Assembly: GCF_036588685.1 (NCBI RefSeq)
Contig: NC_086382.1
Span: 44,206,001-44,270,000, forward strand
Source: Mytilus trossulus
Taxonomy: Eukaryota
Direction of reading: 5' to 3'
Length of the DNA stretch: 64,000 nt
Part shown: positions 11,906 through 24,889 of the stretch, piece after piece
Numbering within the stretch: position 1 is the stretch's first letter
Layout: each line of letters begins with the position of its first letter
Made by a program: the position numbers and the translations under genes
Notes under the pieces: generated by a model
Database searches by the model: none
What the model was told of the DNA's origin: nothing
The model's input: the letters and a program-made list of their open reading frames with translations, nothing else

Positions 11906-13604
11906 CTAGAACACACCCGCGAAATCGCGGACATAAACAGCTTGTAAACTGTTGTAAGGTGAATTTTGGTAAAAGATATTATGACTGAAGAATTTCACAT
12001 AAGGTATCAAAAAACACTCTCCCTCCGTTATGTATTTCCTTTCTGTTAAAATCATTTTTTTTTCGTGTTTTTGGACTTTTACCACAATTATTCTTCCCCT
12101 TTGCTACAATGCGTTTTTTTGGTTAAAGTCAAATAAAATAAGAAAAATTGCACCGCTTCAACATGGAATAGATGAAACTGCTTATAGACCATTATTATTC
12201 TAAGAAATTGTGCTTCTATGACAATCCACCAGTGCTTTTCCTTTTGACAGCCCTATTAACATGTCAAGAGTAGGATTTGAATTTCGTATAAATGACTAAG
12301 GCTCATTTGAGGGGTGGTCTGAGGAGCCCTGATCCCGAATATCGGGCTTAAAAACATGATTTCCCGAGGTGCGTATTTTAATGAAATTCATATCCAAACA
12401 TCACGAAATTAAAAAAAAATATATCCACGCATCCCGTAAAGATCAATCGCGAAATCCCGAGCTCAAAAACACCAGATCCCGACGTCCCGAATAAGTCCTG
12501 CCTTCTTCTAATCTCTACCCTACTTTCATTTTGGCAAAATCACAACTTTGACTTTCAACAAAATAAATTTGTATGTCCCATTTATAGGAATTATGTTTTC
12601 TAGTCTGTTCGTCCGTCCTCTGTCCGGCTTCAGGTTAAAGTTTTCACTTTCAACAATAAATTTTAATGCCCCATTTATGGGAATTATGTTTTCTAGTCTG
12701 TTCGTCCGTCCGACAGTCCCGCTTCAGGTAAAAAATTTTGTCGAGGTAGTTTTTGATGAATTTGAAGTCCAACCAACTCGAAACTTTGTAAATATGTTCC
12801 CTATGATATGATATTTCTAATTACAATGCCAAATTAGTCAGAAATTTTATCCCATTTGACGGTCCACTAAACATTATAGTAAATGATAGTGGCGATGTGG
12901 TGTCCGTATACTATGGACACATTCTTGTTTCCGCACGTTTTACTTATTTCAATATATATGCAACTGATATGACCCCTTAGAAAGTAAATATTTCAGAAAA
13001 AAAAATAGACAGAATACAGAGAGTCTCTGTATATTATAGTTGTATAATCGTAGTTTACAGGTGGATAACCGCGAAAACATAATTGTCTCTAAGGAGGTAT
13101 AATAGTTGTGGTTCTTGCGATCTAAAAACCATGATATGGAGAACGCTCTGATTAGCTTATTTGTTTTTCATTTTTGTAATCTATCATACGATTGGTTGTT
13201 CTTGTGCACGTTTAAAACCGGAAGTCTTATCTATGACTTAAAGTCAGTCTAGTAACGGAAACAATATCCGGACACCTAATTTGTCGTTTTTCTCTCAAAA
13301 GAACTCAATCTGAATAATCATAAGAATGGATGACAAATGCTACTATAAAATTTAGAATGGAAATGGGGAATGTGTCAACAACCCGACCAAATAAAAAAAC
13401 AACAGCAGAAGGTCACCAACAGGTCTTCAATGTAGCGAGAAATTCCCGCACCCGGAGGCGTCCTTTAGCTGGCCCCTAAACAAATATATACTAGTTCAGT
13501 GATAATGCATGTTACCTAAAAAACACAGAGGCATGATATTTCATTTATTGTGGAAGGAAGAGAAGCGACACACAAAATGAGGTCTTCTGGTTTAATAGTA
13601 TAGA
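11906..13604 (-). mobile_element. Non-autonomous Helitron with nested repeats
   Basis: The minus strand starts TCTATACTATTAAA and ends with hairpin CCGCGATTTCGCGG, 7 nt, then CTAG. Inserted between A and T with no TSD; the empty site is in the paralog at ~24929. Confidence 0.88.
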
Positions 13605-15533
13605 TACTTTATATGTGTGTAATGCATGTGTATATTATTGGAAAGAACATCTTCCAAAGATTTTATTTCAAATAGTTATAATGGTGAAATATAATATCTT
13701 TTTGATGTAACCATGGCAACAATGCTTTTATTTGATACCAAATATTGGGGGAAAATGGGAGGGTGAAAATGTCACAAAGTTCTAAAAAAAATGGTCTAAA
13801 AGGAGAAATTTAAATCCATTACAGTGACACCTTTCATAAAACCATAGACATTTATCTGGCAAAAGGTCCAAAAAATCATATGCAATTATGCTCGTTTTTC
13901 CATAAAAATGTACTTAAAAGGTCAAGGGTGAAATCTTTGTTGAAAAACACTACACTAATTTCTGGACCTATGGGCGGTAAGGATGTGAAAAAACGGACTG
14001 TCAAACAGACAAATGGCCTATAAAACATGCTAACACAATTTAAATGTTCAAAATAACCCACTTGGAGCGCTATATTATTCTTCAACTATCTCAAATTCAA
14101 TTTTATTGTACAAAACCTTTTATATTTAGAATAATCCCAATGATCTAGAAAACTAAACTTGTAACTGTGTATTTCTACCATAGGTTTTATAATCGGTGTC
14201 TCTGATTTATGTAATGATTGAAAGACGTTTTGAAAGTGGCCATGCTTTGAAATGAATACATCGAAGAAGTTCTGTGTAGAAACGGGTAAATAACTCTTCT
14301 ATTCATAAATGATTGTTGATTGTTTTTGTTTAGTGTTTATGCTCGTATGCATTCGGGACTATTTGAAGCCCGACTAGATTAAACCACATCTCCTTTTGTT
14401 CATATTCAGAATATCTATAGGATTCTTGAAAGTGTTTTTTATACTGGGAATTACAAATTAAACACATTCTCGTATGAAATAAAATCAATTATTAAAAAGT
14501 TAACAATGGCATTAAATTTGAAACACATCAAAATGAAACAAAACAGCCAGGAGTTTTCCACTTGATAGAAACTCTGCATACGGCTAATCGTTACATTTAC
14601 CCAAAAATTTTATCCAGTCGAACATGCGTTTTTTGTACACAACATATTGATTTTAATGTGGCAAATCTTCTTATTTGCTTATAGCTTGGTGGTTTGACAA
14701 TTCACTTGTTGACAGATAATTCCGAGGTTTGATAGAGATATGTTCTCATGGAATTGCAGGATTACAGAACTCGAAGGTTTTCTGTGTTTATCATTCGATT
14801 CTTAATATTGATCCCTGCCATATTTCGTAACCAATATATGCAGATAGTTTTTGGAATGGCAGGACAATAGGATTATCATGCCTATACCAGATATATAACT
14901 AATATGTCTTTTGATACCAAACATAAGCAAGATTGTTCATATACAGTTCATCGCTTACACCAATTTTATTTGTTAAAATGCTGTTTCTCTGTTTAGTAAT
15001 TTGGTAAATCCATTAATTGTGTTTAAGAATGCATTCGAATAAACAATATTATTTTCCATAAGGGAAACAGTCCATTCTGTAAAATATTGGACTGTTATAG
15101 TTGAAAATGATGTTAGGAAGAATAAGAGTAACACCACAGGTCAATTTTGATAACCTAAAGATGAACGAGGATAAATCTTTTGAAAAAAGAAATTCATAAA
15201 AGCAACAAAACCAAAACTTACAACAAGCATAATCAACTTATTGAATTAGTGCTAAAAGAGACAACCCAAAAACATAAGAAAAATGGCGAGTATATAAGTA
15301 TTGGTAATGTTAAAAATCAATTTGAAAGTGGGTTTTTTTTCCTCAAAAAACCGTTTTGATGAGTGACAAACTATTGTATTGGTCGTTGATTTTAATAAAA
15401 TGTTTTCTTTAATTGTCATTTGTTTTTTTTGGTTGTAGTTTTGATAACATTATGAAAACAATTAGAGTAATTAATAGTTTTTTTTTATTTCAGTGATTGA
15501 ACTATCATGTTAATAAAACATTGAATTGAATTG

Positions 15534-15647
15534 TACCTGTAAGAATCAGTTATGCTACCTTTAGCTGTCCCATATGTTTAAGAAAGAGGAGAGCTATTCT
15601 TCAAAATATTGGACAGCTGAAGGTAACATAATGGTTTCTTACAGGTA
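15534..15647. repeat. Short palindromic MITE-like element (paralog 26864-26977)
   Basis: Imperfect ~42-bp inverted arms TACCTGTAAGAA.../...TTCTTACAGGTA. Confidence 0.7.
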
Positions 15648-16087
15648 AATTTTACTCCATTAACTGAAATAAAGAACGGGTAAAACAAGAGAATGACGTA
15701 ACAACAATGTTTTAAATGAAGCTAATGTGTTTCAATATTGTCCAAACAATGATAAAATTTGGAACAATGACAATTTTTGAAACACAATTTTGCGAGATTT
15801 TTTTAGCAAACACATTTTCAATAATGAAAGCTTGACGGAAAATATTGACTTTAAATGTTTTCGTTACTTTTTTAATTCGAAATTGTAGAGAACGTGAAAC
15901 GTTACTATCTGTGAAGCTATCAATGACAAGTTATCTTGTTTAGCTCTTTCCACGTAGCCATCTTTCTCCTGTCTTGAAACAAAACGTGTACGTGAAATAA
16001 AGACCAAAGAATCAATCAAAGGGTTGGCTTGCATACATTTAAAACAAAAAACTCAAGTATAGTGCATTGTTTATTCGGAAATAATAA

Positions 16088-19000
16088 TTAGGAATTTGAA
16101 GCCATCACGAAGTCCATCCAGCTTTTGTACACACCAATTCGAGTGTAAACGCTTGGACGACTTCCTGGACATCCACTCTGGCCCCATGATGTTACACCAG
16201 CCAGTTGACCAGAACAAACCATTGGTCCTCCACTGTCTCCCTAATGATAAATAAAGATGATGAAATATAATGAAAGTGATAAATAGTATAAATATATTTA
16301 TAGTAGACTGCGGACAAATGAAAATACATTGTATAAAAAATAATATAGCATCTACACATATTGAACACACATGTCTTATTCTAATGTTTCTCTCTTGATA
16401 TCTTACAATATATTATCATGAAGCGTTTTTTTTTATTAAACACCTTGAATATTGATAAATGTCGAGGCCTATAACTTTCGTGCTAACAATTTCTCAGTAA
16501 AGTAACAATTTAATCCACATAACAAATATGAAACGCATATACAGCTTCATACAGAAACTTAATCAGTACCTATATAAGAATATGCATCACTTACGTTGCA
16601 AGCACCGTAACCAGTTCCTTGGAATATACAAATATGACCGTCAAGTATGTTGTTGCCAGTCCAATAGTTTTTGCACTCACTGTTTCTTAGCACTTGCATG
16701 CTTAATGATTTTAAATTAGTGGGTAAACCGCCTGGAAAATAAAAATTGACAATGTCATACAATAGACGTACTAGAGAAACATTATTATAGAATGGTCATA
16801 CAGATGAGTTCCACAGCTGCTCAAAATTGTCAGTATTCAATCAATTTTATTAAATATATTTTAAGATCATTCAATAAGAGCATGTGAACCGTTTCTAAAG
16901 AACAATGGACTTATCCAACCAGTTCTGCCAGATTTTGTTTTCGAAATGTACTAACATGTTCCACAAGTTCTGCCAGACTTTGTTTTAGTTATTTACTTAC
17001 ATGTTCCACAAGTTCTGCCAGACTTTGTTTTAGTTATGCACTTACATGTTCCACAAGTTCTGCCAGACTTTGTTTTAGTTATTTACTTACATGTTCCACA
17101 AGTTCTGCCAGACTTTGTTTTAGTTACTTGCTTACAGGTTTCACAAGTTCTGCCAGACTTTGTTTTAGTTATGCACTTACATGTTCCACAAGTTCTGCCC
17201 CATCCAGTGATTTCACATGTCTGGCCAGCAAACTCGTCAGGACTTCCTGTTGCCAAGGTTATGGCTGAAATACTTCCGGTTAATGACAAACTGGATGACA
17301 TTTTCATCAATGCAATGTCATTTGGGAATGTTCCAGATCCTGAATTGTAGTTTTCGTGCTACAAAAAAAGTTTATATAAGGGTTACACTTTTTTCACAAT
17401 GCCAAAATGCAATGTAATGATGCTTGTTATATACAAAGTTGTGTGGGTTTTCAGTAAATTGATTTTCAGTTTAATTTTTAAATGTTTGTACTACGATCTG
17501 TTTTACAAATCAAATATCATGTGAATATATTTCAAAGGAATTTTTTGTGATCGCAAGAGCCAGTAGGATAACATTTACATATCATTATTTATTTACTTAT
17601 TAGCTTTCATAACAGAATTCAGACATCATATGAATAATATTTCAGAATGACTTACAAATTATTGCATGTATATGACTTGGGATCCCATAGCTTACATATT
17701 ATGCCCGATGATTATATTCGGACCCAATTCCAAAAAGTCCTTCATGACATATCGATATTTTTTCATGTTTATGTTGAGGGGTCTGTGCTGCCTAACACGT
17801 AATAAGTGAGAATATCAGGATATTAGTGATATGTGTCCATTCTAGATATTTTAATTATCACAATCACGTTTTTAAAGGTTGACCAGATTCACTGTAGTGT
17901 CGTATATATGTTCATTTACTTCTTTAATTTTGGTACTGAAAAGTCTTGCAGTTTACATTTTTTTGTTACCTTATATATGTGACCAAAATTATAAACATTA
18001 TTGTCGACTCTAACTATATAATGTAATGGTGGAAATTTTTATATTTAACATTAGACTGATTTGTCAAATCTCTAAAGAAAAGATAAGCCTTTCATCTTAC
18101 CTTCTCTACATTCGTAGGAAAATCATTGGAGGAAAAGCAATCGCGTGGAGACCGTGTATATTTTAAACGGGATTAGAAGGCGAGGTTTCCTATAATGTCA
18201 AAATATCACTGTGTAACTAATAATACACAACTGTGTATAGGGGGATATATAAAAAAGAAGATGTGGTATGATTGCCAATAAGACGACTATCCACAAAAGA
18301 CCAAAATGACACAAACATTAACAACTAGAGGTCACCGTACGGCCTTCAACAATGAACAAAGTCCATACCGAAAAGTAAGCTATACATGTAGTTTTGTCAA
18401 TACTAGACAAACACGTATATTACCCTGATTGATTAAAGATATAAATGATCAGAATATTACCGATACGATGAGCTCTATACTTCTCGTAGTCCCACCACTA
18501 GCATGAGCTGAAGATCCTGCTCGTATCCTGTAGTCTTGTCTGAATACAGAGAAAAAATAAATATGTATTTTATTATCTATCAGCAATATGGGAGAGCAAA
18601 ATGTGGTTTCATATCACTGGTGGTCTTTTACATGTTCTAACTATATGAAACACACTACAAAGGAACCTACAACTTAAAGTCTTATAACAAAGTGTTTTGC
18701 TAAATACAAGTGGTTACGTTAGAAGGATTAACTCTATAAATTCCAAAATTGATTTCATATTTTCCTCTTTGTTATCACCAAATTAACCTTAGAGCCTGTT
18801 GTGTGGATCGGTGGTTACCTCAAACCACTCCGGAATCGACCAATCATGAAAAACTGACCTTCAACAAATAGTCAATGGTGTCAGTGTGGCGTTGAACATA
18901 AAATAATCCATTTGCTGAGCTGTACAAGTATATTAGTTTTTTTATCTTTGCAATACGCCACAAAACATGGCTTGAATATTGATAACTATTTACTTGTAAA

Positions 19001-21414
19001 ACAATGGCAAAACAAAATAAAAGAACATGGAGACCGAAAAACCCAAATATAATCCGTTTGGAAACGTTTTTTGAAAAATGTCAAGAAAGATTAAGTGTTA
19101 ACCGATACTTAGAAATAGGTTGAAAATGAAAGCGCTAAATCAAATATAGATACTAAGTAGGTGATTGTTGTTCTTGAAAAAACGCATTTGACCATCCACC
19201 AGTCCTTGCAGTCATTCAATGATCAGTTCTTCATTACTTGAATTATATATATCAGTAGATCTTGATGTGGGCATATAAGTTAAAAAAAAATCTGTTATCA
19301 CAATGTATCTATACACTTACGGTCTAGAACTGTCGACACAATGTGCAGCCGTTACAATCCAGTCAGCATTCACAATGGCACCTCCACAAATATGGCTATT
19401 ACTTCTTTGGAGGGACACTTGATGAGGGTGCTGGGAAATTGTTGTATCTTCACCACCGACGATTTTCCCTTTCACATCATCGACCTAGAATGATAAAATA
19501 TCGAAATTGATAATAATATAGGGTTATTGCATGAATATAAGGGAATATTGTCCCGAGTAGAATTTTATATTGCACCAGCTTGCGAGTCATGATTTTTTGA
19601 AGATTCATTGTACTAGTGCAATATTGGAATTTATTGCACGCTAACTTTTTGTTACTTTCTATGGGAAATATTATATTGCTATGCAATAATAATTATTGAT
19701 GCATTAGTTGTATTAACAATCGGAGGGTTGTCAACATGTGAATTCACATACTTAGCCTTTCGGTCCGGACATAATAAAGTGCGGAATTATGTGCCTATCA
19801 TATCAATAATAATAAGATATCAAAATTTATAATAATAATGATAAAATATCAAAATTTATCAAAATAATGATAAAATATCAAAATTTATAATACTTATAAT
19901 AAAATTTCAAAATTTATAGAATAATTATATCTATTTATACATAAGTTGTCGGAACAATCTGAGGGTTGTCAACATATGCATACACATACTATTTCTTTGT
20001 TTCCATACAAAATAGAGTGCGAAAGTGCGGCATTATGTGCCAAATTCTTTCTCATTCTTAAGGTCATATTAATCTATCTTTTCTATGTTTCCCATTATAC
20101 TTATTGCGTTATGTTCTAGCACCCCATTATTCTCTATGCTTGATTTTATGTCTATTTTTTATTTGTATTTGTCCTTTTTAAAACCAATTTTTTAACCCCA
20201 TCCAACAGTTGCAAAGAGGAATTTCAATGATAACTGGGGTTTTTTTCACATCAGGATCAATTTTCCAAAAGACTATTAATCTTTACTGTTACATGTAAAT
20301 ATATCACCAAACGAAAAACGCCTAACGACAGATGAAAATCATAAGTTTGACAGAAATGTTAGCAAATTTTGAGACTTATTCTAACACAAGTGTGATGACA
20401 TCGTTGATTAAAACAAACAGCCTGTAGTTAAAATTAGCGATGTCCTCCTACGCAAAGTTTGAGACCAAATGACACAGAAATTAACAACTACTTGTATAGG
20501 TCACCGTACGACCTTGAACAATTAACAATGCCCATACCGCAATAGTCAGCTGTAAAAGTCCCCGAAATGACTGTTTATAATTTAATACTATATAAACAGT
20601 AAAGAATGTGACACCTTTTTTAGACTTCGACCCTGAGAGTGAACCAACTACATGCAAAATTGACTCTATTTCTTTAAAAAAAAAAAAAAAAAGGAGATGT
20701 CGCATGATTGCTAACGAAACAGCTGTCCCCAAAATTATACCCAGTTATTTATAAACAAGAAAGCTTACCGGCCATGTGTCTCCCCTTTCTACACTTTCTA
20801 TCAGCTCTTTCGCTGGTTGCCATATGTCAACAGCAGAGACTGTAAAAATAAATAAAAAGTAAGAAATGAGATAAATTATTTCCACAAACCAAAAAGAAAC
20901 AACGCGCAATGATAATTCACAGTTAGTTGCTCATTTTTGTAAAGTTAATAATATTTGTAATTTATTTTATTAGAATAATACTTGATTCCAAAAGTAGCAT
21001 GTAGAGATAACTGGATAACGTTATACAATGTTAGACAAATTAGTTATATATGCACCATATCACATACAAATACACGTAGCCTTCTTCTTATTTTAGCCCA
21101 CTTTATATAATAAATTTTAAGTTACAATTCACCAAAAATGTATTTACCCACTTCCAATCAGATACATTTTTTTTTATTAAACTTCAAAAGGCAAAATGAA
21201 GCATCTTTAATGTATTTTTTTATTGTATAGATGTATAAATACCATCAAAATTGTTCATATCAATGAATGAAATGACCTAATTTTAGAGCTTTTTGAATAT
21301 ATTCGGGTAACATATATATGAAGCACCAAGACAAATGTAATAGACTAGAATGAATAAAGGAAGAAAAAACATACCAGCTACAATCAGTGTAAACACAAGT
21401 ACTGAGGCTCCCAT
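16088..21414 (-). CDS. S1A serine protease copy 2, 7 exons, 273 aa
   Basis: Exons 21414-21375, 20839-20769, 19484-19321, 18539-18461, 17358-17181, 16731-16595, 16240-16088. Exon sizes match copy 1; catalytic triad intact; no stops. Confidence 0.95.
16917..17199. repeat. 45-bp exon/donor minisatellite (copy 2, ~7 units)
   Basis: Same unit at 45-nt spacing. Confidence 0.9.
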
Positions 21415-21464
21415 CTTTCTTCTTCGTAGATGTCCGACTAGTGACAAACTTTAAAATAATTAGC

Positions 21465-21472
21465 TTTTTATA
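21465..21472 (-). promoter_or_regulatory. TATA box of protease copy 2
   Basis: TATAAAAA, positionally conserved with copy 1. Confidence 0.75.
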
Positions 21473-24400
21473 CATGGTGTAAAATGAAACTTGCACGTTG
21501 TGCATGACACTTGTGTATTTCTAAGTCACATATATAAACACTTAAAATTGAAATTTATAGACTCTGGACAAAAGCTAGAGATACTTCAAATTACTGCTGA
21601 ACACAGTTTATAGTTTGAATTTAGTAATTTATTGTCGGCTATCAGTTTGACGAAAAATAGCAAGAACTGATAACACGTGTGATAACATGTACTAAATATT
21701 GCTTAAAATGGTTTTTACTTCTACAAAACTTATAAAATAAATTTAGGTAAAGCAGAATATACATTTGAAATTTATTGAATAATAAAGAACAATAATTAAA
21801 AGCAAAGAACGTTTTTCTTTAGAGAACTATGATCACAAAGTTTCTGAAATATTTTTATCCCATCATGTCTTATGTTGACTTGTATTTTTATGTAATTGTA
21901 TGTTTTATGCAGTCCACCATGTCTTACAGCAGTGTTATTATAAAAACGAAAATGTCAATGAGACAACTTTTCAGAAGAGACCAAATGACACAGAAAGTAA
22001 CAACTACCTGTCACAGTACGGCTTTCAACTATGATCAAATCCGATGTCGGATAGTCTTATGCACCTTAAGTGTCAACTATTGTGCAGATATTTTGCATTG
22101 CCTTCAAAGTTGAGACTCGCCATTATAATTCATCAGATTAAAATACTGAAAAGTGTTTTTGACTGCGTTTGAGAACAAACTGCGTACAAAAGGTATAAAG
22201 AAATTATGAAACTACTCATCTTGTCATTGACTATATAAAGAAAGGAACAAACACACTCAATGATGAAATTGTTATTGAGGTTAATAACATGCAATAATAG
22301 AAAAATCTCTCTATTCTATGTGTACAAGTTAAAATCGTTTTTAAACAATATGTTGTACATGTTCATGTTATAACATATACGGGGTACTTTTGGACATATT
22401 TTAACATGTATGTTTGGATTGGGCAATTTATATCATGTACAATATACTTTTACATGTTATAACATGCACAAAATTGCAACTTGTTCATTACATGTATATA
22501 TATCAAGGTGAATGATTTTTATTCTCTATTCATATACAATGAACACAATTTATTAATCTAATGAAAAATTAGTATGTTTTAATAATTGTTTATTTTGCTA
22601 ATTATGTTATGAATAAGTATATTGTATTTAATCTGCTTTTTATAGGACACCATGATTGGTTGATAAAATTATCAAACATTTATTGATAACGCCCACACAT
22701 AAATGTGTTACATGCGGTTTAAGTATAGCACTCAAACAATAAAATGAGGCATTATGCATGCTGTACTTTTAAAAGGAGAGGAATTGATTTGTAGATATTT
22801 TAGAATAAACAAGCATTTTTCTTTATAACATTAAAATCATGTGTATAGACTTATGTATTTCATAGTAGAATGGACAATAGAAGTATTGTGGATTAATAGT
22901 ATAAAATCTGGGTAGATATATTTTATTCTACTATTTTTCATGCTGTTAGGCTACTGGACTTGTAGAATCCTCTGGGACAGATTGTCTATTAGCAGGTTCT
23001 GGTTCGGTGGTATTAATAAATAAAGGCAACAGTAATATACTGTTTAAATCAGTCTATACCTAACTAGAATGGTAACGGAAATTTTCCGAATTTTTCATTC
23101 ACCACAAATTTAGGTTCAGTATTTCTAATTTTCATTATTCTTTTAGAAAAAATCTAATGCATCTGTTGAATTATTTTCAAATTCTTAACCTCAAAACCAT
23201 AAAGAATTGAGTGTATCAAAGAATAAAAACATTTCAGTTGCAAATCTATTGGAATGTTTTTGTTTCTAACCATTCGATATATAAAATCCATCGATTTTTA
23301 CGCTTAGTCAATAAGTTTGTTTTGTATCTAAAACAGTACCGTTATATCTAAAGATAATACACAAATAAGAAAAGTCTTCAACAACCTCAAGTCCATTGTG
23401 ATGTAATCACCCTGCTCTCCAAGTTTAAGGAATAATTAGGTACCAGGCTAATAATTAAAATGAAGATGCGTTATGGTTGCCAACGTTTTCTCTCCACACG
23501 AGACCAGATGACACTGAAATTAACAACTATATGTCACCGTAAGGCCTTCAACAACAATGAACAAAGCCCATACCGCATAGTCAGCTATAAAAGGCCCCTA
23601 TAATGATAAATTTCAAACAATTCAAACGAGAAAACTATTGGCCAAATATATGTACAAAAATAACTCCAATTGAAAGTTCATTATAAATTGGTCCACTAAA
23701 CAGTGTATCTATATCAATATCATTTAAATTGTCTTCATCACTTGCATTCATGATTCTATAATATTCATGGATTGCTTCAATACAGATAGAGGGTTTGTCT
23801 TTTTTTGTACTCATTTTTTTTTTGTGTCATCCATAATACCTTACAGTAATATTTCGATAATGATCCGAGTTGATCAGAACAGTTTTTCTCTATACCGCTG
23901 ATAAGCTATGTTGAGTGTCTTGTGGTATTCCTTGGCCGTACTATTCATTGCTAGCTTATTATCACCTGATTTAACTGTATTATACACGTTTCTAGCCTTG
24001 CGAAACTAAAAACGTTTGTCTTTGCAATTATTATCAAACCATGGTCTATTTTCCTGTCGGGATGAACCAGTTTCTTTTGTCTTCTGTTGGTACTCTTTCT
24101 GTTGTATCTTAAAGTTTATCATCCTTTTTATCAACTAGACCGTTCACCATTTCAAGAGTAACATTATTTTTGTCAATATTACTCAAAATGCGACCAATCT
24201 GTTGTGAACTGCCAGGAGCAAGGTAGTGTTTGATGAAGTAAAAGTCCAATCAACGTGAAACCAAGTACACATGTACATGTTTCCTATGATAATTTTAATG
24301 CCAAATAAGAGTTTTTATCCCAATTTCACGGTCCACTGAACATAGATAATGATAGTGCGAGTAGACCATCCGTGTATTGTGGAGATATTTTTTTTTTAAT

Positions 24401-24530
24401 TTGTCTTCCAGAAAAGATTAATCTGTAACAAATTTCCTTAAGCTTATAAGGGGTATTACACTGCACTAGGTTTGTATTTCAATTATAGGTAGCAGTAAAT
24501 AGTTAGGAAAAAACTTTAAATTGACACTCA

Positions 24531-24889
24531 TAATAAAATCAACGGTACCAATTTTGTTGCACCAGATGCGCATTTCGACAAAAAATGTCTATTCAGTGAT
24601 GCTCGTGGCCAAAATATTTGAAGTCCAAAGCTTATATAAAAGATGAAGAGCTATAATCCAAAAGGTCCAAAAAGTATCGCCAAATTCGTGAAAAGAATCA
24701 GAGCTTTGCATGAGGGAGATACATTCCTTAATTTATAATAATTTTTAATACTTTGTAACAGCAAATTTTAATAACACAAAAAATCCGTATTTTCATGCCA
24801 GTACCGAAGTACTGGCTTCTGGGCTGGTGATACCCTCGGGGACTTATAGTCCACCAACAGAGGCATCGACCCAGTGGTAGTAATAAAAT
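24531..24889 (-). mobile_element. Second retrozyme family, one 350-bp unit with 9-bp terminal redundancy
   Basis: TAATAAAAT at both ends; absent from the paralogous site near 11862. Hammerhead at 24559-24602: GCAUCA-CUGAAUA-GAC..GUC-GAAA-UGCGC-AUC^UGGUGC, with G8 changed to U. Confidence 0.8.
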
